A stretch of DNA of 64,000 nt from Takakia lepidozioides (Eukaryota; Plantae; Bryophyta). Below, one piece after another: positions 14,101 to 26,100 of the stretch. The stretch lies in contig CM060731.1 of assembly GCA_030704615.1 (NCBI GenBank), positions 16,058,001-16,122,000 on the forward strand, given 5' to 3'. Numbering within the stretch: position 1 is the first letter of the stretch; each line of letters opens with the position of its first letter. The notes under the pieces are model-generated. The model saw only the letters and a program-made list of their open reading frames with translations, searched no databases and was not told where the DNA came from. Position numbers and translations under genes: made by a program.

Positions 14101-17100
14101 ACACTGGAGCAGTGGAAGGGATACAGAACATGGAGTCCAGGGCAGATGGATATCCCTTTTAGCCTGGATCTAAGGGCTCTTCTTCATCTTACCTTTCATA
14201 TTCTAGAGCAGTGTGCTCCTGGCAACATGATGTCCCACCAAACCTTCTGATAAACGCAATGCTGAACTTGAAAAGTGACCTACATCTCCCTGATGCAGTC
14301 GTCACTTTGCCTTAAATGATTCAGTTTGATTCAATCTATGGTATAGGAAGGTAATAGAGCGCGGGTGTTGTGCATACGTTTAATGTCTAACTGCATTTGC
14401 TCTATTCCCTATCACTTCAGTGAAAGGTCTAAAGTTACAGAACACCTATTTCCAGTGCAGGTCCTACACACTTCAAATTGTGGAGTAGGAAGGAGAATGC
14501 CAAAAAGGATAACATAGTGGAGGGCTTGCAAGGGCGTAAGGGTACCAAAGTCACATTTACAGGCCATATCTGGCTTACTGATAACAGCATTGCACTCGCA
14601 ACTGCGGATGACATCATCTTTATTGTGAGCGAAAGCATGGTCCAACTCGTATGTCCCAGCTTACAACCCAGGACATTCAAATTTTCATCATTCAGAAATA
14701 TACAGACACAGGATGATGCCCATGTGAGAAAAGTGTGGTCAAGTCAAGTAGTAGCTATATTATGATGCATGGAATCAATGGGTTTCTGTCTGGTGGTCCT
14801 TAAGAAACGATTTGTAAACACGTTACTGCTTGATGACTAAAATCATGTCTTGATAGATGTACAGGTTGCTGCCACAGTATTTGTCACGTTCCACCGTCTT
14901 TTGACGAGCAATAACTGTACCCACACGGCTTTTCTTGTAAAGGACGCATGAACAGTCCATCTTGGGGTGTCTGTGCACAGTGGTCAGAAACATTCACTCT
15001 TTGGGGTAATTGTCATTCAGTAAAGGTGGCACTGCATTCAAAGAGCTGTTTTCTTTTCTAGTAGGCACATTAAAGTCCGAAGTTGGATAGGCTGAACAGT
15101 TTTGATGTTGGTGGATTGTCAATGGATAGAGGTTATTTGAAACTGGCAACACTTTGTGCCTTGCTCCCACATATCGAGGTTTCTACACCGGCCGAGAGGA
15201 TGGAGTTATCACCCAATACACAGGCTTTGAGTTTGTCAAGCTGAAAAAGATGGTGAGTAACTCTTTCATATGTATATGATAGCCCATTTTGCGGTCAGTG
15301 CAGCTTGTCTATGGTGAATCTTGCAACTGATTTTCCTCTGAAGATTGTTGACCAAAATCTGTAACCATACAGCTTCTATATCAATATGACATTTTTTGTC
15401 AGTGGAGCTTTGTGAACTTTGCAAATTATCTTTAATGTATTGAGGATTATTGACTGAATCTGTAATCGTACTGTTTCCATATCCATACGGTAGCTCATTT
15501 TCAGTCAGTGGAGATTTCTGCAAACGTGGATCTTGCAAATTATTTTACTTGCTGAATGTGCCGAGGATTGCTGAAAACAATTTGTAGCCAAACAGTCTGG
15601 TTGTTCTGTAATACATGAACTCAATTATACAAGAATCTTCTCTTGAAGAAAGGAGCTCCTTGTATAGGGATTTTCTTGGGTTCAGGATCCATGGGATAAC
15701 ACCTCTGATCTGCTAGAAATCTACCATCTTGTTGTTCTGTTTTAAGTGGGCATGTTGGTCAACTAGACTAATCAATGCTAGAGTTTTGGTTGAAGGTCTT
15801 AATTCACTCAGGGAACCAAAGGTTGGTTGTGTTTGTGTGCGAGCTTTCAGGAAGGTACTGCTGACCCTTACATTGAGGTTGCAGGCACCTCTGTAGCAAG
15901 GTTCATCTCTCTCCCTCCTTATCCTACTACATTTTTCTGTCTCCTCAGCTGCCATGCTTTAGTGTGATTGGCAATTGCCTACAAGCCAGTAGTGTTGTTA
16001 CAACATGTGGGTGCCAGGAAAACTACTGAGGGCATCAAAGAGGGTGCTAGCCCAATACGCAGAAATGAGAGAAGGGGAACCGCCAGGACATTAATGAGCA
16101 AGGAAAGCAGAATGGGACAATAACATAGGCAAGCAGTCACTGATTCCCACACTTGCATTTGGAACCATCTGTAGTAAAGCTCAAGCCTGCAATAAGCTTG
16201 GGTCTCATGGAGCTCACATTGGCACATAAGCTTTGTACGTGTAGTGTCCATGGCTGGAAGCTCACATGCAAAGTATGTCTTCCTCAATATTTTGCCAAGG
16301 CATTGGCAATGAGATTGCAACCCCTCCTCCCCTCCTCCCCTCCATTATCAGACCAGGTCAGACTGGATTAATCTAAAATAGACTTGACAAAGTGTTCTTG
16401 CAAATCATGACGTGTTGGATCATATGCATAGAATAGATTACACATTGGGCTCAAAATCCTGCAATTTCAAGCTCAACAAACAAAGCTTGTTTGAAGAAGT
16501 TCCAATGGGTGCATGAACTGGCCCAGCAGCAGATGCTTGCAAGCCAGTAATTGAGAGAAGGGTGGCCAGCATCACCTTCTAAAACATAGCTTAATTTGAT
16601 ACTATGTCAGCAAAATAGACCTCCTTTATCTCAACTGTGCTAAGTTCACACAGTAAATTTAACGTGGATTGAGTGAGGATTGCAATTGCACGTGAGTCCA
16701 TTTTGTGCTCAGAGTTCATTTTGCAAGCTAGCTGTTAGCTTAGTGTAGATAAGACTTAGTCCATCAGGGATTGTATACCAAGTGGGGAAAAGGGGACCTG
16801 GCCTTAATGCAAAGTGACTCCATGACGTGAGGATTTGTAGGACAGAACATGAATACCCGAGTTGTTGAAGTTAAAGAGTGCGCTACCTCATGCTACCTCA
16901 TTTCATCCATGTGAAGCTCTATAGACAAAAGAGCAACAAACACTTTTGAAGGATGTTCTCTATGAGCTGTTTGCTAATAGAATCTGGTCATGCTCCCTGC
17001 GGCCTCAGTAAAAAGTAGGTTCCCATGTAAAGCTGTGGATATTGGATATGCAGTGGGTTTGAGCCAATCTCGACACTTCTGGTCGCTCGCAAAATGGATC

Positions 17101-20100
17101 GAGTGGTCTTTATTGTGGAGGTGAATAGCTCAATCCTGATGCTTGGGTTCTATCCGCTCAATGGTAACATATGCGATCAGGGAAAGTCGAAGTCCATGGT
17201 ATATACTATCGAGCTTCTCAATTACTGAGGCATGGACAGAGTGAAGAAGGCTGTGCCTTCTTTCTAATGGTTTCTAACATGATAACAGATCAGTTTGATG
17301 ATTTATCTTATAAAAGAAGTGTAGATGTACTTGTCTCATTTTCCAGTCACGCCTCATCAAACAATTGGAAATCTTGCAGGGTGAGAATGTGGTTCAGCTG
17401 AATCTAGATGCAAGTGAGGAGCCCATTAATGGAAGTGATCCAACTTTAGCTTCCAGAATGTCAGGTACTTAACAATGTCTCTGCTGTTGTGGAAAGTATT
17501 CTAACAGTCACATATCTACTTGGTCATTAGAGTGTTGAAGAAACCCTGTGGCGATGACTTCAGGAGGATGATTTTTGCTAGCCTCCTGGCTGGAAGTTAG
17601 TGAGAAACTTAGAGGGTGTTTGGAGCACCTTCTATGGCTACTAATGGGTGCCACTCACACGACTTCAGTCCTGAATCACCATTGTACATTTTTGTGGTTA
17701 ATTGCATGGTCCTTCTTCAAATCTGAAAATAAACGCTTCATTTAGCATACTCCTTTTACCTCTGTGTTTGTCATGGTATGTCCAAAAGTGTTGAACTCCT
17801 ATCCCCAACTTTGCTTGTACCTTTGTCAAGTTTCTTTGATGGCAGGAGAGAAACTGAAATTGAAGAACACTTCTTCTTTCACTATCCTTATAGGCACGAG
17901 GCAGAATCTTAGACATTCCCTTGATCGATAGTTGTCTTTGGGCTGCTTGTTCGAGGCCCCACTGTTTCATGCTCTGTCTTGCCCCATAAGCTCTTTGAGA
18001 TTTCCGTGGATGTTATAGTGTATCATTTGATTTGATTTCTTTCCATCGCGGACCTACTATATTCACACATATTGCTGAAAAGTGTGGGATGGCCAGTGTT
18101 CACGGTGGGTGCTGTGACAGACATGGATGTGTGCTTGCAGCGCATGCTGATCATGACTTGTGGCAAGGACAAGGTGGTGCGCCTCTGGAGTTATGCTCGA
18201 CTAATCTGTGAGATGTCATGCATGTATGTATAATCGTCTTGACTATTGAACCTTGCTGAACGCTTCTTTTTTTGTGGCCACTTTGGCTGGAGCAGAAAAG
18301 TGAAAGGAGGATGGAGCCAGATGGGATGAGAGCAGAATGGGGGGCACGGATGTGGTTGAGCTGGCTTAATTTACTTGAATATGTGACAGTCATTTCTGGC
18401 CTTGTGTATTTGCTTTAGGAAGCCCTTAACTGGAATTTGAAAATGAAGTGATTATCTATTGCAGAATTGAGACCCAAAGACAGTGCCAGCTTTCAGCATT
18501 GGCTCACGTTTCACAAACTGAGAAAATAGGGGTGGCCTGAAGGGTCTCGTGGACCACTCACACCAGGGTTATCTTTCCTTTCTGAGGATGAAGTGCCACC
18601 AAGGACCGAGCACCTTTTCACAATGCTGCTTTCATGGACGAAAATGCTAAGCTGTGGAGAGTGATTAGTTGTTTCATTTCTGTAACAACCAAGCTGACTG
18701 TGTCACTAGGGGACGGATCGACACTGTGTTAACCAATCCGGGATTTGTAAATACTGGTTGTGACCTGCACATAATTGCAGGTTTGACGAAGAGCCGCTGG
18801 CTGTGGCCATCAGTGGCTATCAGATGGTTGTGGGATTCTCCAATTCAATAAAGGTCTATTGCCTCCTGGCGGAAATGTACGTGTTTTACTTGTGAAGTCT
18901 TCATAGTGGCTCATTATCAGGGGCAGCAACCTATATTTGTACATGACTTGCAGCCTGACAACTCTTTTGGAAGCCCAAACAGGCCACTATGTTCTGTTAG
19001 CAGCTAGAGATGGCCACACCCTGTGCTAGCCTCTCTGGAGAAGAGTGGCGAGGACCATTTTCTGTCATTCATATTCAATGACACATCAGAGCTTAAGCTT
19101 TTCCTCATCCACCATAACAATTAACGTAACTATTCTTTTGTTGTATGTAGATCCATGTTTATCTGCAGTCTGCCCTTTCCAAGTCTATGAATGCTGTTCA
19201 TATTCTAGTAGTTGTAAATCTGAATACGATGCATTGTCTCAGTTTCCTTTTTTCAGCCAAAAAGAAATTAATCTGCAGTAAATTGCACATGTGACACAGG
19301 CAAGTGCTTTTAACAGAAATCCCCATGAAGGAGGTTCAGCAAATGAGGTGGAGTCCCAGTGGACACATGCTGGCAGTGACCTCAGAAAAAGACATTGTCT
19401 TGTTTTCAACATACACTTGGAAAATTATAATGACATTGAAGGTTCAGTGGCACTTTTTTTGGTCAAGGATCGTTTCTTATAGTCTTCTGCTTCAGCTAGA
19501 CAAGTCTTCTTAGAATCTCTGCAACCTGTGTAACCTCCTATATTTCCAGCTAGACAAGTCTTCATTAAAACCTGCAACGTGTGAATGCTATTATGAATGC
19601 CATTTAAGAATCGTAGCGAGGTAATTTCCAGCTTTTCCTTGGGATGGGAAGTAGGGCACTGAAGTAACGGCACTGGGGTTGATTTAAGAACTCAATGCTT
19701 TTGGGCACATCCGCCCTTTCACCCTTGAAAGCAATAGAACAAGCTCACAAATCATTGAGATGCTTGAAATATTTTTGGTACTGTTCCTAGGAAGCATAAT
19801 ACAGGGGTTTCTTTTCTCTAGGCTCTTCCTCAATGTATATGTGAGGTCCCCATGGCTGGAGATTGCTTTGGGCTTCCAGGTGGTTCCGTACACTTGTAGG
19901 CATCAATATTTGCTGCACATTTGGTGTTGTTTCATGATATGTATCTCTTCTGATATAGCTCCTTTCCATCTTTCTTTCTTTAAATGGAAGTTCTATCAAT
20001 GAGTCGTTGACTTCAAGAAGAGACAAGTCTGTGTCCTTGTAGAACAAAGTATTCTGATCTACATGATGTAGAAGAACTAATTGAGGAAAGACAGTTAGGG

Positions 20101-23100
20101 CACTTGGCTTCAGGTTATTGTGCTGAAATAGAGAAAGGATGGCATTAGTTTGTATAGTGGTAATCACTGGAAGGCTGGGATTGGGTCCTTGCCAGGGTCA
20201 CATGGCTGCTGTCTCTTCAATTGCATGGTCATCGGATTCCATTTACCTCTCATCAGCAGGCGCAGATGGAACTGTTTACTCCTGGTTTATGGACAGGCTC
20301 AACGCCTATGCAGAATGTCTTTCTAAGGGATCTGAGTACTCATCCATTCTTTATGACCAGAGCCGATTTTCCATATATGCATGTGGCCCTGACATACCAT
20401 TGCGAGCGATTGGGACTGAGAAGAGAGTTGCGTCCCGAGTTGTCCTACTCGAGATGCTGGCAGATGATGATTCCCCGGTGGAGCTGGACCCTGATGAGGA
20501 TGAGGCCAGTGGGTCTCGCTGGGTCCACCACATTTACAGGTTTGCTGAGCATTTAATAGTAGTTGTAATTGGTTCTTAGTGTAGTCCTGTATTTCTGGCT
20601 CTGTAGAAAATGTGGCAGAACTTTGGATTCTCAAGGACGATATCTTGTCATTTTCTGTGTCCCAAGAAGACGGAACAAATCCATTTGTCCAGTACAACAG
20701 TACATTATGGCAACTCATGATGTACATGTTAGGTACCGCCTGCCAATCTGATCCTGCAAAACGTTGAGTAATTGCAGCAGAAGGAAGTGTCTGGCCTACA
20801 TGTGCCAGGGCATACAATCTGTGTTTAGAAGATTTGAGCTTTGAAGATCTAGACTTGTAAGCTAGTAATAGAGGGTGAGTCTATAGAAGAGCAATAGGTA
20901 ATCAACTAGGAGGTACGAATATTTTTGGGCCTGTCTTAGGACCAGTCCTGAATGGGAGAACAGAGGTACTGAATTTTCTTTTGAGGGTAGGTGTTGCTTG
21001 TCTTCCTTGAATATCCAGGTCCCTATGACTATCAAACATCTATTGAGTGCGTGTTTCAATAATTGACAGGGCTTCCATTACATGTGAAATGAGGTCGAGG
21101 GGCGTGACACGAATTGCAGGTATGTTTGGAAGGGGATTGCTGATTGCAACAACAGACATGGGAGAACTCCTTCTGTATGCTTTGCCACTTTTAAAAGAAA
21201 AGACGGCCCCTATCTGGGAAGAGCATATCAATGCAGGTAACCATCGCCATACACAATCACATGGAGTTTAAGGTGACGTATAAGGCTCCATTCTTGGTGT
21301 TCAGCTGATTGTCTAGGTCTAAGCAAAAGGAAATGAAATGAAATGGAAAGAGAGAATGGAGCTTTATAGTATCGACAGGAAGCTGAAAGAGCTTATGCAA
21401 CAGAGGAGAAAAGAAAACAGAACAGAAAAGTGGGGCCCCCAACATGCAGCCACCGCAACTGTAAAACTACAATTCAAGCTTGACTGATTCCCTAATGTGG
21501 AGATCCTTATGTGATTATGCAGCAAACCATCTCTAAGTGTCATAATGGAAAACTTTGTCAGGGAGTGACTGTCCCTAAAAAGGCAGAGGTAGCGGATTTC
21601 ATAGCAGAGAGGACAGCAATAGAAGAAATGCCCCTCTGCCTCAATCTCTGTTTATTGCAATCAGGGCCTAGGCTTTCGGCTTGAGACTGCCTAGTGGTGA
21701 CATGCCAAGCCTTGTATCGATTTGATCTGGAAATGTGTGTGGACCTGGGACAGACCAGACAGTAGGGGCTGTTATAACATCTAATTTGGGTGAATGCCTG
21801 TCTCTGATTGCCAATTTCCTTACTGGCCTGTCTAGGTTCAATCACGGGGTTGGCTGTAGACGAGAGGCACAGCTTGGTATTATTGGCATCAGACAAAGGC
21901 TTCATCATGATGTTCATGATACAGACAGGGCTGCCAAGGTTCTTCTCTGATGGACCTGCTCCTCCAAGTCCCTGTGGGTTACTACCAGTCGGTGAAAACG
22001 ACCTCGTCAATCTCCTTCAGATGAGGCGCACTGAGCTTGAGGATTCCAAACGAGCATCCCAGGTGCTAGTCCACCCCATTGAGATTCAAGTCAAAAGTTT
22101 GGGAAATCTGAGATTTCGTTTTGAAAAGATAATAAAATTGTTGAAGTCTGCACTAAATCCTGTCTGGTTCAAGCTGTAGACAGTCATCCTTGGCCGTTTC
22201 TCGTAATGCTTTTTTCTTCCTTTTTTTCTAGTGGGGGTAAGAATTGGGGCAAGATTGAACACTTACATCAATTAAAGGAGAGAATGCCTTGGCAAGCGAA
22301 GAAAGGCCTACATTAGGTCAGCAAGTGATGACAACTGGGCCTCTATACTGTGGCCAGCCTGCTCTTCAAAACAACAAGGCCAACACCACAACAGAGGTTC
22401 ACCAAGGCCAAGAAATGCAAAGGCTTAGAGCTGGTAACCTTTAAGATAAGCCAACCATGACCAGTCAGCACTAATCGGCAGATTGTGCAGCCCGAGCCTG
22501 AAGCATAAAAGAACTTGGAAGCTCCTTTTCTTCTCTCTATCCTGTTCCAGGCTTTGTACTTGGAAACCCATGTTTTCTGTAAACCTTGAACGTCGCCACA
22601 GGTGCCTCATAGACCAAGCGCCTGGGTTAGTTGAAGTATATAGGAGAAATCAAGGTAATTGGGTGAACCAGTTACTTAATGTCTGGTACCTAGGAACTTT
22701 TGTGTCCTTGGGCAACTGCGTTGCCTGGTTACGGCCATTAGAAGGTGTCCACATTCCAGACGAAGGCATTAGCCCTTTGGGGTGAATGACACCATAAGTT
22801 ACGACTGCTTAGGCAAGAGTCTTGCTCTTTCACTTTAGGAGAAATCAAACCTCCTCCAAGAAACTTCTATCCAATACAACATGTTATGAAAATGCATCAA
22901 AATCCTAGCACCCAACTTGTTCAGCTCCAACATAGTGCAACGGTTGTGTGCTTGAAAGAACTTCACACCTCGTCCGGCTTAGAAAGTTCTGAAAATGAGA
23001 ACTGCCTAAAGGCTCCTTAAGCAGATGGGGCCCAAATAAAAAAAGAGACCAAGGGAAATTTCAAGGCAGGAAGGGGCAGGTGTGATGAAGTGCAAGGATT

Positions 23101-26100
23101 CTATAAGGGTGGTCGAATTGACAAGTAAAATAAGGCCAACACAAGGAATTTGATGGCAGGAAAGCAAACACAAGGGCACCCCCTCACAGCCAAAACGACC
23201 AGCTAGCAACCAGCCTAAGCAGGAGCTAGAATGACAGATCAAGATTATAGTTGCAGTTACTTTAGTCACTTCTCATTTCTATCTGTATAGGATAATCACA
23301 CCATATGATGGTGATTCAATGCAAAAGGCCTGTCAAAGTAAGGGAAAGTATAAGAGCTGCAGATCCAACTAACTTCTTCACCATGGTGTTCATGTCAAAG
23401 TTCAAGGGAGTTTAGGATAGGAACTTTGTTGACCTAAACACAGTGGCTTTGTAATAGACTATTTGTCGTTTCTTTCTGTCAGAGAAACTGCATCCTGATG
23501 TCTGCTACTCCTATGTGATGTTTTCCACATCTGTCACCAGGTCTTTGGGCTGTTACAGAGTGGTACTTACGTTGGGGTTCTCTCTTTTTCTTTTTCATTT
23601 ACTGGAAGAGATGCAAGTTTTTATCATTAAACATTTAGGGGACAAATTGTGTGAAAGTGCAAGTTCGAAGGAGGCAGGACTAAAGCCACAAGGTGCATAC
23701 AAACAAAGTCCACTATGGAAAGCAAACAGGTTTGGGGTCTTGTAAAGAAATTTAGCTGAAGTTTGCATCTTTTTCTTCTCAGGAATGCAGGCTGAAGCTG
23801 AAGAAGGAAGTCGACGCCCTGCTCTGCAAGGAGCAAATGAAGGAGCAGGAAAGGATGCTTGCAATGAAAGAGCAAGATGAACTGCACATGAATATTAAGA
23901 ATGACTATCTACAGAAGATCCAACTATTGGATCAGCGCCTTCAGATGGCAGAGACTGACAAGGAAACCACAATCCAGAGTTTGAGGGATGCTCATGCTTT
24001 AAATTTGAAGGGAATGCATGATTACTTTGAAGATAAGGTGTGATCAATTGTCAAACTAAGGCCTGTGTGCACCTTGTGATCCATACCAAACTATCTTCCC
24101 CATCTTTCTTACGCCTTTCCTTCCAGTCCTCCCCATGACCATACACGTCATTGGAACTTGTGAATAAGGTCCAAGGGGAAAGAACTTCATTATGTCTGCG
24201 GAAGGCCAGAGGACCCAAGGGGCAGAGAGCAGTAAGAACCATCCCTCTTCCTGTCTCAATGTGGAGGGTGTGGGAACCCACTCTGAATTTCTTAGCGCCC
24301 ATGTGAGGGGATGGAAAATATGGCTGAGAGGTAGGAAGCAGTGAGGAGGAAGAGAGATTGGGTACTCACTGGACTTTGCTTGCCATAGACTTAGGGCCAT
24401 ACACCCCAGACACAGTTTGGATGGGAAAGAAAGGAGTGAACTTTATTATAAAGTGCTGATGGCACACAGAAAACTAGAAAAGAACACAGAAAAGTGGGGT
24501 CCCCAATGGCCAAAAGAAAAGAAATGAAATAGTACTTTGATATGACCAAAGTCAAATGAAATGAAATGAAATGTACGTGAGTGTTCAACAATGGAAGTCT
24601 AGTTCTGAACATGTAGTTGATTCATGGTTTAGCTACTCATCTTTTTACACTCGACAAACATACTATCACCAGGGTTTGTAAGTAGTGTGTAAGCAGCAGT
24701 GTGTAAGCAATTTCAGGCACTCTTGGAAAAGAGAATGCACTGAAGTTGAATGCTCCACTCACATATCAGGCTGCCTACATCTCTGAAGAGCTTGTAGATT
24801 CTGAAATCGGAAGTCACTGAAGAAAGGTTGAGAAGATTCAGACAGCTTACAGTATGAGCTAACAGCTGAATGGGGCATTGACCTATCAGAAAATGAATGC
24901 AGGTAGAGCAGGAAGTGAAAAGGTCACAAACTGTACAGCTCAAAGCGCAAAGAGAAAGAGATGCCATGGAAGGTCTGATGAGGGATGCACAGCAGGTGTT
25001 CTTTGATAGAATGGAAACTATACACATTGAGTTGGAAGCTTTGGAGGCAGAGGCTGACTCAAAAGTCCAGAAAGCGGAACAGGTCCGCAACAAGGACCTT
25101 GACATGTACAAGGTTTGTCTCTCTGCCTTTCCCTGTGTCCTCATCTCTATTCTATGTCCTGTTATCTCTTTAGTTGCATGTGCTCATGATTGCTAGAGTA
25201 TTCTTGGGGCCCCTTAAGCTAATTGCAAGTTTATGTTTCTCTTTCTGTGTCTGTGATTCTACTATCATTTGTGGAGCACGAGGGACTCATTCTATGTGTG
25301 TCTCCATAATTGCTGAGAGGGTTTATTCTCGCCCTTTCTGTTATCAGACATTAAGCTACCCATCCCAGTCCTAGATGGATTGAGGCAATGCTTATAGCTA
25401 CATGACACAAATCCAGAGGGATTTAATGTACTAATGTAAAGCCTTTTAGGGCTGGTAATTTTCATGTGCCTCTCATAGAGCACCATTCCCCATCTTTCAC
25501 AAAATAATGATTATCCACACTGTGCTCTGACTTTGAGCTATGAGTGATGCCTGGTTTTTTTACTAGTTGTTTCTTTGTTTGTGACATGCTGTTCCTTGGG
25601 CTAACAGATGCAGGCTGGAGCACATGCTGGTAAGAGTGTCTCTCAATGCGACAGAGGTGTGATTTAGGACTGGGGAATTTTCGTTGGTTGTTTCTTTGTT
25701 TGTAACATGCTCATGCCACAAGCTCTTTGGCTAAAGGATTTAGGCTGAAGCATATGCTGGTATGTGTGTCTTAACATATTTCTGTCTGGCCTTGGCCCAT
25801 CTCCAGTATCTCCTGCCACCCACCCTCTGCCAGGAACTTCACAGATCATTATAGAACAAGCTGATTCAACAGGATGTGAAGACCATCCATGTCCTGTAGA
25901 CTCATGGTCAGGGACAGGACCCGTCTCCAAGCTATAGCTCTACAGGGATACACTTGTCTCAAGAGACAGTCAGTATCCTGTGCCAGAGTACTTGATCACT
26001 ACCCCATAATCTTAGGATTGAGACTGTAAGATGAATGAACCTGCCTCGGTTAGAGACTCTGTCCCAAGTGCACCAAATGGGAGAGGCAGGATGAACTTCA